The position numbers and the translations under genes were made by a program. Shown piece after piece: positions 1 to 10,084 of a DNA stretch of 64,000 nucleotides. The stretch lies in contig LT642147.1 of NCBI GenBank assembly GCA_900128585.1, positions 1 through 64,000 on the forward strand, in the 5' to 3' direction. Under the pieces are notes generated by a model that had not been told where the DNA came from, made no database searches, and saw only the letters and a program-made list of their open reading frames with translations. Source of the stretch: Stramenopiles sp. TOSAG23-3. Taxonomy: Eukaryota. Within the stretch, counting starts at the first letter, position 1; every line of letters begins with the position of its first letter.

Positions 1-299
1 GAGGAGAGGGTGGTGGTTGTGTTGTGGGTGGCGCATGGGACTGACTTTTTTTGAATTTGGAATTAGCATTAGTAGCTTCTTATAGGACTTAGAGACTTAG
101 AGTGACAATGACAGCAGTGACTGTGGGGATAGTCGTCTATCAATTTAATTACAAATTATTTTTTATCTTGTACTTTTGTTTGAAAATGGAGAACCATTTA
201 TTGAGTTGGAAAAGGATAAGAGGAAGAAAAGAACGAGTGCAACTTGTATTTACTATTAGATAGGTACGACGGTATGACTGCACGGTGAAGAATATCAGG

Positions 300-1478
300 A
301 TGTTGAAAACGAAAGAGGTGGGGGCCTCTCGGGAGGGAGCATTCTCGTGCTGCCCGGCAAACTTACCGCGAAGTGTCTACAAACACCTGCTGCTGGCACA
401 GGGTGTAACCGTTGGGGGTGTTTCCATCGGCCATGTCTCTAGACGGCATCGTTACAACGCTCAAATTAAAGAGGAGAAAGTAGCGTCTTTTGACGACTGG
501 TTCTTTCCAGCGGAAGAAACACTGTACGTCAACGGAAAAGCAGTGGTAGTCGCAAACGAGACTTACGACGTGTCCAGCGCCAGGATATTTGCCTATCACA
601 AGCCGGAGAATGTGGTCGCAGACGCTAACAGAGGGTCGAAACTGTACGACATTGGCAGTGAGATCATGACGCGATATGGTGTGGAGAACCGACCATTTCC
701 CATCGGACAATTGGACAAAAACACCACCGGTCTCCTTCTTTTCACAACCAACGGCCACGTCGCCAACTTTATAAACTTGCCAGGGCGCGTTCGGAAGACG
801 TACTTGTCAACTTACAATGCACCGGCGGGCAACGAGCCTACAGATGTTCAGATGGCCATGCTTGTTGGGCCCGGGGTAGACGTGAGTAGAAAGGGGGAGA
901 AAAGAATCGTAAAGCTGGAAAGCTGCAAACTGCTGGCGGTTCGGCCTGCAACAAACTCAAAAAAGCGGAAAGCGCCAATGTCGTTGGAGGAGCAATCCCA
1001 CCAGGTGCACCGAAGAAAATTCAAATACGATCTTGAAATGACGATAAAGTCGGGAGCAAACCATATTATTAAGCGTGTTATGAACGCCGCCAAGCTTCCA
1101 CCATGCGCGAAACTGCAAAGGCAGGCAATTGGCGATCTTTGTCTTAACCCTGGCGGCAAAGGAGGCGCAGAAGCACTAGCATTGGGTGTCGGAGAGACTG
1201 CAGAGTTGACGATGCGGCAAAAGAAACTCATTGGCCTTCCATCGGAAAAGGATCTGCTTCAGCTGAGAATGTGCCAATTGCTGTGCCAATTCCGGGCGAT
1301 GCGTAACGACAATAGGGGAGAATCGAGCGATAGGAGTCTCCAAGCATCCCGACTTGAAGGTTTCTTAAAAGAAAATTTTCGGATTGATGGGTCTTGCTTT
1401 ATGGAATTTCCTGGGTTGGGTTGCAGGTGGTGCAATCGCAAGAAAGTATCTTTGAACCCTAACTATAACTCTAAATAA
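300..1478 (+). CDS. RsuA/RluB/E/F-family pseudouridine synthase
   Basis: Family motifs AYHKP, RPFPIGQLDKNTTGLLLFTTNG (catalytic Asp; canonical GRLD), KTY, TIKSGANHIIKRV and LQRQAIGDL. First ATG at 300. Confidence 0.85.
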   Translation: MLKTKEVGASREGAFSCCPANLPRSVYKHLLLAQGVTVGGVSIGHVSRRHRYNAQIKEEKVASFDDWFFPAEETLYVNGKAVVVANETYDVSSARIFAYHKPENVVADANRGSKLYDIGSEIMTRYGVENRPFPIGQLDKNTTGLLLFTTNGHVANFINLPGRVRKTYLSTYNAPAGNEPTDVQMAMLVGPGVDVSRKGEKRIVKLESCKLLAVRPATNSKKRKAPMSLEEQSHQVHRRKFKYDLEMTIKSGANHIIKRVMNAAKLPPCAKLQRQAIGDLCLNPGGKGGAEALALGVGETAELTMRQKKLIGLPSEKDLLQLRMCQLLCQFRAMRNDNRGESSDRSLQASRLEGFLKENFRIDGSCFMEFPGLGCRWCNRKKVSLNPNYNSK

Positions 1479-1962
1479 TATATAATTTTAAAATCCGTTA
1501 TATTTAAAGCTTTTCTGAAAAATAATGAATTGAATCTGCGTGCGTAATTAAATATAAAAATTTACAACAAAAATATCGTCTAAAAAAAGAATAAATAATT
1601 AAAGATTTAATATCTTCTTCTCTCTCTCTCTGATGGTGGGCTGTTGTGGGTTGAAGAATATATTTTAATTTTTACTATTTTCCTCACTTTCGGTGCAGGG
1701 TACGTAGTGTAATAGAGATGATGTTTTTTTATTTCAGGATATATTATGCATCAAGTGTGTACGACAAAACGAAGTCATCTTATTAATTCATTGAAGAAGG
1801 TGTCAGTTATTACGATTCCTTGTGGTTTGTTTCTGTTGTTAGAATTTACTTGCGGTTGTCTAAGAAAAAGTTAGGGTACGAGCGACAGAGCGATACAAAG
1901 AGTTGTTAAAACATCCCATTCAGAGCAGGGTGAATTGGAATGTTAATCGGTTGATGTAGAAC

Positions 1963-4900
1963 ATGGGCTCGGGCTTGTCAAAAGCGCAGCGCGATTGTTA
2001 CCAAAAATATGGTGGCCCCGGCAGCGAGCAGCACGCCGTTGTCGTGCAGAAGTACACCCGTCGGCGATTGGCGCAATTACGGGTGGCACGGATCAGATTT
2101 AAACTAGAAAAGGAAAAGGTGATGCAGAAGTTAAACATGTGGAAGACGAAAAGGCAAACCGAAAATGCGGCAGCTGCAAAGCTGCAGGCTATTCTTCGCG
2201 GCCATCGAGTCCGGAAAAGAGCGAAAAAGAAAATGGATAAATTAAGAATAGAAAAGGAGAAAAGAGACAAATTAGCAGAAGAGAAGCGTTTGCGGGAAGA
2301 GGAAGAGAGGAGAAACAGGGAAGAGGAACGGCTCGCAGAGTTGAAGCGCAAGGAAGAAGAGCGACTGCGATTAGAACAAGAGGAAGCCAGGAGAATAGAA
2401 GCTCGTAAACGACGCAAATCATGGGGCCTGTTTGAGCCGGAGGAAATCGAAGATATTTACAAGGATGCCGCAGACCAGCGCGCAGCGAAGAATCTCGACG
2501 CTGCCGTGGACTTGTACGAGCAGCTATCGTCGTGTGCACGGAAGACCAAGAACATCCAATTGGAAATGGACGCATACTTCGAAATTGGTTGCACGCACGA
2601 GGCGATCAACCGGGATTACCAGGAGGCCATAGTACACTACAACAAGAGCATGATGAAAGCCGTGCACTTGAAGCACGACGAGGGCGAGTTGCGCAGTTTA
2701 ATGCACATAGGTCACTGCTACGTGTCGAAGAACGAGAGAGAGGAAGCCATAAAAAATTACAAGTTGGCCCTTCGGATCACGTCCAATCGCACGAAGGAAC
2801 CCCCCCCAACCAAACGCACTAACGATGGAGCGTCCGTGCCTGAAGAGGCAAGTTTACTATGCACGTGTGCCTTCTTGGACGCGTCGGCGGCGTGCTGGTG
2901 CCAGTGCTCCGATGTGTCCTTTGGATGTCGCAAACGAGCGGAAGGGTGCTTTCATGGAACATTACCAAACGATGGGAGAAATGGTCGAAGCAAGCGGTTA
3001 ATGAGGAATGAAAGTGTGATTAATGGAAAATTAGGCCGACTTCACGATTTGCAGGGCAGCATTCCGGACGCGCTGCTGTGTTACGAGAAGGAGCTGGAGA
3101 TTGCAACAGAGCTGGGGGACCACGAACGGGAAATTAAAAGCGCCACAAATATAGGGATCATACGGGCAGGATACTTAGAGTACGATACCGCCTTGGAGCA
3201 CTTTGACCTCGCGCTTGACCGTGCTTTACAACACAGCACTTGGCACGCGTACCAAGCGCGGGCGCACGGCAACGTCGGCAACATGCTTGCGAAGCGTTTG
3301 AAGTTCCAGAAAGCGCTAGAAAACCACAAAAAAGACTTACGCATTACTCTGCAGCACATTCCAGAGGATAAGATAGGGACCAGCGTGGCATACTCTAACG
3401 TTGGGTCCTGCCTTTGCGTTCTTGGCAGGCACGAAGAATCATTGGAGTTTCACTTTAAAGACTTGAAATTGTTAGAAGAGTTTTTGGAAGAGGGGGAGGG
3501 GACGGAGAAGAGAATTGTTATTTACAATAACATTGCTGACGTTTACCGAGAAATGGGAACGCACGAAAAGGCATTGGAGTTTCACGAGAAATCATTAGCC
3601 CTTGCCATTCAATGCGGGAGTCGTAGACACGAAGCTTTGGCGTACGAACATTTTGCCAATACATACTTGCGCATTGGCGGTAAATCCGAGGATGCGCTGG
3701 ATTATGCGCATATGTTTTCCGAAATAGTGACGACGATAGATGATAAAGAAGGCGAAGGGAGGGCATTTGGACTTGTGGCATCGGTGTACCAAGCAAGGGG
3801 GAAATATTCTAGGGCGACAGAGCACTTTAACAAAGCCATAGAATCATGCCATGAGACTAACCAGTTCGGTGCGGCGCGGGAAAATTTGAACAAGCTTGAC
3901 GCTATGACAAAGGATATTGAAGACATTGGAGAGGGGGACTCGGAGAGAGATGACAAAATAGCGACAACTTCGCCAGCAATATCGCAGGAGTCCATACTAC
4001 TCTTCGCGGCCGAAAATGGTTTTATTCAATACATACAGCAAGTGCTGAACAGAGGGGTGGACCCGAACATAAACATCACAAACAGAGAAACCAAAACGAT
4101 TCACGTTGCTGCTGAAAATGGACACTTGGACATTGTCCAGCTTTTGGTGGCCAGCGGAGCCGACCCGAACGCCGAAACATATCTGTTTGAGAAAGCGATA
4201 GACCTCGCAAATGTAAATGGCCACCAACACGTTGTGGACTTTTTTGTGGACGAGTGCGGCAATGCAAATTCGTACCAATATTCTAGGCGGACAGTTCAGG
4301 AGCGCCAGAGAAAAAGGTTGGTGATGCGATGGGGAAGCGATGTATCCCGGCCAGCTCGAGAAAGTGTTATTTCGGCCAACCGAACAATTGACGAATTCGA
4401 CATCGATCAAAGAAAAGACATTTACCGACGCACGCCATTCATGTTTGCGTGCATTAGCCAGCATTTTGACTGGATCAACCAGATATTAACGAACCAGCTC
4501 GACGAGGACAACGCAATGCTTGAGCAGCGGGATAATTTTGAAAGATGGACCGTCCTGTTTTATTTAGCATTTTGCAGGGACGAACATGTTGCGTGTAGAA
4601 TTGCGGAGTTGATACTGAAGCACAAACCTGAATTGCAAAAATTAAAGGATCGCTTCGGGAAAATGGCGTATGAATACGCTGAGTCGCAAAACAAATTGCA
4701 TTTGAAGAAGATTCTGGCTCAAAACACTTCTAGACAAATCATCCAAACTGCACTGAGAAAAATTGAATTTGCATGCCGCGCATTTTTTATTGGGTTTATT
4801 ACGCCAACGATGCTTCTCGCCAGCTTTATGAAGAGGCGAACACTATCAAGGCCATCAATAGTGTTGTTTGAAGACAACATAGAGACATCTATGTTGTCAA

Positions 4901-5949
4901 GCGTGTGGAGAAAGGTGCCAGGTAGATCGTGCTGCGACATTTGGTTCAACGTTGCCGCAATTATCATCATTCTCGCCATTGCCATTGTTTTGTTTGTCGC
5001 GTACTTTGCCACCAATGTCGTTGGATTAGCCATAGACGCCCTTTATTTATCCATAGCAAAGCACGTTCTTGTGTTTGCATTCTGTGTGCTCCTACCGTTT
5101 TTGCTGGCAAAGCAAGCGGCAAAGGACCCGTCCCTGATGACAACGAAACATCCAAGAGGTTGCTTGAAGTTGACGCTGTTAAATGTTCTTTCATTAGGCG
5201 AAAATGTGATCAAGTTTATCATTAGTGTAGGGGTAGTGTGCACAGAAAATGTAGGCTCAAGGTCATCTGTTTCCAACATAATCCCTCCGAATTTCTGGTC
5301 AATGCTTCCAAGTGCATTGCTGAGCAAAGTTGATTTTGTGCACGTGTTCTTTGCTGCTGTTTTTGCAGTTTTCTGCTGGTGCAGTGTATTTTCTTGGATG
5401 GCCGCAAATACATTTGCACTGGAACGCAAATTATGGAGGGAAAAGTTTGTTTTTGTCAACGCCGATTTTCTGCAGGATTCAATTGCAGCAAGATGCACTG
5501 TTAGCATTTGTACCGACGTGGGCTTTCTGTTGTTGTTGCAGCAATTGATGGGGGTCTTTGAATGCGATGGTAGCAAAAGCACAATGGCAGCAAGTGCTAC
5601 CGTGGAATGCTGGGGCATTCTTCATCAGATAATGGCTTATACGGCGCTTTTCGTGCTGTATCTGTTCCTGCCTACGACTTTGCTCATGGGTAGCTTGATG
5701 CGTGAAAAGCAGACCCATGACAGCCAACTTGAGTTTTTGCCAGCGTACAAATTGCTTAGGCGCTCGAGTGATATCGCGATTGGGTCCGTCTGCGTTCTTT
5801 TTGCCTCAGATTCAATTTTTCGTCTGATTGTTGTCCTTGTAGTATGTTGCACAGCAGCGGAGTGTTCTCACAAATGGCAAGCCTGTCGGCACATCTGGTC
5901 AGTGAACCACTGGATGAGAGCATCACACTTTATGGGATCGACCTTGTGA
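1963..5949 (+). CDS. Large IQ + coiled-coil + TPR + ankyrin + multi-pass transmembrane protein (main part)
   Basis: MGSGLS (N-myristoylation-like), IQ-like LQAILRGHRVRK, many TPRs (AHGNVGNML, AYSNVGSCL, IYNNIADVYREMG), ankyrin repeats (IHVAAENGHLDIVQLLVASGADPN) and several hydrophobic helices at the C-terminus. Confidence 0.85.
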   Translation: MGSGLSKAQRDCYQKYGGPGSEQHAVVVQKYTRRRLAQLRVARIRFKLEKEKVMQKLNMWKTKRQTENAAAAKLQAILRGHRVRKRAKKKMDKLRIEKEKRDKLAEEKRLREEEERRNREEERLAELKRKEEERLRLEQEEARRIEARKRRKSWGLFEPEEIEDIYKDAADQRAAKNLDAAVDLYEQLSSCARKTKNIQLEMDAYFEIGCTHEAINRDYQEAIVHYNKSMMKAVHLKHDEGELRSLMHIGHCYVSKNEREEAIKNYKLALRITSNRTKEPPPTKRTNDGASVPEEASLLCTCAFLDASAACWCQCSDVSFGCRKRAEGCFHGTLPNDGRNGRSKRLMRNESVINGKLGRLHDLQGSIPDALLCYEKELEIATELGDHEREIKSATNIGIIRAGYLEYDTALEHFDLALDRALQHSTWHAYQARAHGNVGNMLAKRLKFQKALENHKKDLRITLQHIPEDKIGTSVAYSNVGSCLCVLGRHEESLEFHFKDLKLLEEFLEEGEGTEKRIVIYNNIADVYREMGTHEKALEFHEKSLALAIQCGSRRHEALAYEHFANTYLRIGGKSEDALDYAHMFSEIVTTIDDKEGEGRAFGLVASVYQARGKYSRATEHFNKAIESCHETNQFGAARENLNKLDAMTKDIEDIGEGDSERDDKIATTSPAISQESILLFAAENGFIQYIQQVLNRGVDPNINITNRETKTIHVAAENGHLDIVQLLVASGADPNAETYLFEKAIDLANVNGHQHVVDFFVDECGNANSYQYSRRTVQERQRKRLVMRWGSDVSRPARESVISANRTIDEFDIDQRKDIYRRTPFMFACISQHFDWINQILTNQLDEDNAMLEQRDNFERWTVLFYLAFCRDEHVACRIAELILKHKPELQKLKDRFGKMAYEYAESQNKLHLKKILAQNTSRQIIQTALRKIEFACRAFFIGFITPTMLLASFMKRRTLSRPSIVLFEDNIETSMLSSVWRKVPGRSCCDIWFNVAAIIIILAIAIVLFVAYFATNVVGLAIDALYLSIAKHVLVFAFCVLLPFLLAKQAAKDPSLMTTKHPRGCLKLTLLNVLSLGENVIKFIISVGVVCTENVGSRSSVSNIIPPNFWSMLPSALLSKVDFVHVFFAAVFAVFCWCSVFSWMAANTFALERKLWREKFVFVNADFLQDSIAARCTVSICTDVGFLLLLQQLMGVFECDGSKSTMAASATVECWGILHQIMAYTALFVLYLFLPTTLLMGSLMREKQTHDSQLEFLPAYKLLRRSSDIAIGSVCVLFASDSIFRLIVVLVVCCTAAECSHKWQACRHIWSVNHWMRASHFMGSTL

Positions 5950-6257
5950 CAGATGCGCAAGCGAGACAACTGGTTCGGTACTCATGGGCTGCGATTTGGG
6001 GCCTTATCATAATTTTCTTTCTAGTAAAACATTGCCAGCATGATGTAGACCGTAGGCGTAGAATCATTCCCTCCAAACTTCGTTACGCCGTCACTTCGCA
6101 TGGCACTCGAAATGCATACGTACGTACTTACAAACGCCGAAAAGGCGAACGGGAAGGTGGAGATATTCATGACAAAACATGGGAACCAAAAGCAGCTATT
6201 GAAATCAAATTCAAAGATGATAATGATTTTGATTTCTCTCGTGAACTTGGGAAATAA
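5933..6257 (+). CDS. Probable out-of-frame C-terminal continuation of the TPR-ANK-TM gene
   Basis: The adjacent frame encodes a further TM helix plus basic stop-transfer (YSWAAIWGLIIIFFLVKHCQHDVDRRRR) starting where the main frame stops. No intron that would join the frames is visible. Confidence 0.45.
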
Positions 6258-6510
6258 TGAGTTAAGAGCTTATTGACGGTGGAAAGTACCCTTTTGACAG
6301 GTCCGAGTGCAAATGGCAAGACAACTATTATGGAAACTCTTTTGGTAGGGGAGAAACAAAAGCAATACTTTTAAGACGAGGACACCGCCAACATCGATGT
6401 GGAGGACAGCCTTCGGTCCGCGATCGACAATGCCTTTCACCTTGCCGACACCCTGAAGAATCTCCCCCAGGACAAAAAGTCAATCCAATATTACAAGTAC
6501 GCATCGTACA
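6258..6510 (+). pseudogene. Stop-interrupted P-loop NTPase-like relic
   Basis: In the same frame, after TAA TGA, it reads STLLTGPSANGKTTIMETLL (Walker A GxxxxGKT at 6300-6323), followed by another TAA. Confidence 0.3.
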
Positions 6511-6897
6511 TTCTTCCCTTAAATTATTATAGCTACGTAGCTCTATTACTGTTGGAATTAAATATTATAATACATAAACACAGCATCAGGAAGAGTTAGA
6601 GATTATTTTATTTTTTGTTGTTGTACTTTTTTTAATAGGGGCTTAGTAGTAGGTGGTGTGGATATTTTTTTGATTATTGGATCACCGGTGATCGGTGACC
6701 AGGTATAGTTGAATATTATCTATTTAAATGTAAGGTTGTTTCACGACGGTTATTTATAAAGGACCAATAACAAAATAAGTCTAGAAGCGTTTGAATCTTT
6801 GCGTTTTCAATTCACATTTACTTGTAGCCATAGATAGGTACACGAAAGTCATTTGATTGAGTGGTAAGCAAATAGAATTGGTACGAGTTAAAGCATT

Positions 6898-9771
6898 ATG
6901 GCAACAAGCCACCTTGCGGACGCGATCGTGCGTTTGGTGAGTGCTGACGAGGCAAGGTTTGGTGGGGCTTATAACGAGGCATTGCCCCCTGATTTTAATA
7001 GGGGTGATAATGGCGTATCCAATAATAGAAAAATAGAAACAGAGTCCGACAAAGCTGCGCCGTCCAACAAGGAAGACATCGCAACTGGTGACTCAGACAC
7101 TGGTGCTTCCTCCAGTGCAGTTGATACAGAGGGAACGGACAAGCTGACAAAACCTTCGGTCCGTACAACCTTGTCGCAGTCCAGGATCGTCGCTGGCAAG
7201 AAGAAGAGAGAAACAATTGCGTCCCTCCTTCAAGCATCGAAGCCAAACTCCAAGAGCGTAATGCAGCTGGTGTACAGTATTCTGAACAACGAGTGGGCAA
7301 ATGCCCAAACTCGCATGGTAATTGTAGAATACATAATTCAGGTATCGAAGGGGAAGCTTCCGGTTTTCTTTAGTGCCAATTTCAATGGTGATTTTGCTAT
7401 GTACTACAAAGAAGACCACGTCGTCTTTTTCTTGGAGCTGCTTGTACGTCTAGAGTGTGGCGAAGTATTAGCTCGGAATAAATTGAATTTTTTGAACTGG
7501 CTTGACAGCCCGTCTGTACGAATGCGCATCTTGTCGTTCTCCAGCTTAGTCCGGCTGGCTGAAACCGAACCAAGTGTATTGTACTCGTTGGATGGTTTGC
7601 TTGAGTCAATCGAATCAAAATTTTGTGCAATGATAACAAATGCGCCGCTCGTCGGGTCGGAGAAACAGTCCGGCTCCAGCCTTGGTGGCTTTTTTGGGCG
7701 GCTTGGGTATGGTATACTTAGCAGTAGCGTGGGGCCGTCACTGCTTGAGCCAAGCGGAGACCCGGCACGGGAGTTCTTTACAGTACTGAATACCGTCCCT
7801 TCTTTGAATCATGATTATCAGGCAGCTCACGTGGCCCATATAAATTTAATATCTATGGTGCACTCGTGGTTTATGGCGCTGTACCATCCCAACAATGACA
7901 ACGCTATGAACGACAAACATTTACCTCTGGTTTTAGGGAAAGAGCTGGAAGAAACGATCGTGCGGTATTGCGTACGGTTGTTGGACCAGGTCGCAATGCC
8001 GAAACCTGCGGCCTACGCGTCCGGCACAGGGCTGCTAGATCCTAGATTGCAAGACGATTTGCACGAATCAGTGACGGTGGAAGCCTTGCGCCTCCTTGAC
8101 CTTCTGTGCCAGCAAAATTCTTCCCTTGTAACGCGGTTGTTTCCAATTGTAAAGAGGTTTGCAATCGACAAGTTCAATGCACACATAAAGCGCACGGAGA
8201 GCCGGCACGGACCAGTGGTGTTTCTTACGGCTATTCAATTTTTCGTAAACCACAACGAAGTCACCACTATGTTTGACGTTGAACCGGTGTTCCGGTCCTT
8301 CTTTCACGATTATCTTAGGCGACATTACCGGAACAGCCTTCTTGCGTTCGAGACAATTCGCTTTTGCATATTTAACAAGCGCAAGCTGTTGACTCACACC
8401 AGCATGCTTTTCTTATACTTTCCTGCCATTCTGAAGTTAATCGCGTGGCACCCTCACTCCTTTAAGAATGAGCTAATCGAGCTCTTGCCTGCACTAATTA
8501 GCCCACCTTCGTGCATGGAGTTGTTTCACTCCATCCTGGATCTTCCCCTGCTTGCATCAATTATGGAATCGTCCGCAGAAAACCCCCGTGCTCTGATGAG
8601 AAGCCACAGTGTAAACTTTGATACCACGGGACCGTTGAAGCATAGGGCACCAAATACACCGTTGGGGAGCGGGCAAAGTGTGGACGAGCCTGATGGCAAC
8701 GGTGGTGACAACAGTTACAGAAGTGGCGCAGCCGGGTCGGAAGCTAGGCTTTCCCAGCTAATTGATTACATGCTTCGTGATGAGTCTGCGAGTTACGGGT
8801 CATCTGGTCCACAGAAGCTTAGTCGAAAAGGTGCATTCGACTCGCTGAATGGCATGGACGGTTGTATTTGGAGCGTTCCTGGGATGAGGGCAACAGTTCA
8901 GAAATTATGCCACTCCTCGAACGTTACTGTGCGCGTCCATGAAGTTTGCCTTCTCGTCCCTGCATTATTGAACACTTATTTTGATGTAATGCTCGTCGAT
9001 GCTCCACAGGAATGTGTGTGTGCTATGCTGACCATTATCTACGAAAGGTTTGGCGTTTTGTTCGGACCAAAACTTTTCCAAGGTCGCGTTAGGCGAGTTC
9101 TGATGGATAGACTGTTGGCTTCGTTTGCTAAGTTTCCAAACTTTTTAATGCCAATGAAGAAAAATATCGGCAAAGTTGTATCCGCTGCCCAGACAGAGGG
9201 AGATAACGCAGAACTTGCCCTGCACTCGTGCTGGATCGTTGGGGAATATGCCCACGTAAATAAAAACCAACCTGCGATGATAAGTGATTTTTTTCAAGCC
9301 ATTGAGACGATCGTCTACGAACGGCTTTTTGTGAGCACAATGTCTACGCAGGTCGGACATTCAAACCGTTCTAAAAACTTGTCTGGCCATTATTTTGAAA
9401 GTCAGGCGTCCTGGAGCAGAAGCAACGATGATGCTAGAAGCAAACTGTACGGGATCCGCATCATGCACGTCCTTATCAGCACGCTGACCAAGCTTGGTGC
9501 TTGCTCCTCAGACTTGGCCCCAAGAGCCCAACTTTGCTTGGCAAAGATAATTAGCAGCCACGACAAATTCCACGAAAGCGTCATTTCCCGGGCAAAAGAG
9601 TCCGTCCGTTTGTTGAAACTTTCTAGCGTAGCTTCTAATGTTTTTGGCCTTGGAAGTGCATCTGGAAACAACCGAAACAACATAGATGAGTTGACATCAT
9701 CTTTAACATTTTTACTGCAGCCCAGCGCTACATTTCTTCCTGGAAATAAGTTGCACGATTTTTCGTTGTAA
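6898..9771 (+). CDS. AP5Z1: AP-5 complex subunit zeta (SPG48 family)
   Basis: FPAILKLIAWHPHSFKNELIELLPALISPPSCMELFHSILDLPLLA matches the SPG48 core. Also CWIVGEYA, LISTLTKL and RAQLCLAKI near the C-terminus. Confidence 0.85.
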   Translation: MATSHLADAIVRLVSADEARFGGAYNEALPPDFNRGDNGVSNNRKIETESDKAAPSNKEDIATGDSDTGASSSAVDTEGTDKLTKPSVRTTLSQSRIVAGKKKRETIASLLQASKPNSKSVMQLVYSILNNEWANAQTRMVIVEYIIQVSKGKLPVFFSANFNGDFAMYYKEDHVVFFLELLVRLECGEVLARNKLNFLNWLDSPSVRMRILSFSSLVRLAETEPSVLYSLDGLLESIESKFCAMITNAPLVGSEKQSGSSLGGFFGRLGYGILSSSVGPSLLEPSGDPAREFFTVLNTVPSLNHDYQAAHVAHINLISMVHSWFMALYHPNNDNAMNDKHLPLVLGKELEETIVRYCVRLLDQVAMPKPAAYASGTGLLDPRLQDDLHESVTVEALRLLDLLCQQNSSLVTRLFPIVKRFAIDKFNAHIKRTESRHGPVVFLTAIQFFVNHNEVTTMFDVEPVFRSFFHDYLRRHYRNSLLAFETIRFCIFNKRKLLTHTSMLFLYFPAILKLIAWHPHSFKNELIELLPALISPPSCMELFHSILDLPLLASIMESSAENPRALMRSHSVNFDTTGPLKHRAPNTPLGSGQSVDEPDGNGGDNSYRSGAAGSEARLSQLIDYMLRDESASYGSSGPQKLSRKGAFDSLNGMDGCIWSVPGMRATVQKLCHSSNVTVRVHEVCLLVPALLNTYFDVMLVDAPQECVCAMLTIIYERFGVLFGPKLFQGRVRRVLMDRLLASFAKFPNFLMPMKKNIGKVVSAAQTEGDNAELALHSCWIVGEYAHVNKNQPAMISDFFQAIETIVYERLFVSTMSTQVGHSNRSKNLSGHYFESQASWSRSNDDARSKLYGIRIMHVLISTLTKLGACSSDLAPRAQLCLAKIISSHDKFHESVISRAKESVRLLKLSSVASNVFGLGSASGNNRNNIDELTSSLTFLLQPSATFLPGNKLHDFSL

Positions 9772-10084
9772 ACGATCGTAACGAAGTGAATGCATGAACA
9801 GTACATTTTCTGAGAGCGTTTTAGTACGACAACAAATTCCAGTGTAAGAAAACCAAATATATGTGTCAACAAAGTTTAAAGTTGTGATTTAATGCATAAA
9901 AAGCAAAAAGAAGGTGTCAGTTCATACTCTTTTTTCTTGCTTAAAAAAGTAATTCTTATTTAGACAGACAATTAACACAATATCTCTTTAAGTTTACAAT
10001 TTTGAGATGAAAAAAACGAAGTTTGCGGCGAAGATTATTTTTTAGCATTCACGAAAAATGTATACTTTGTTGACTCTGTAAACA

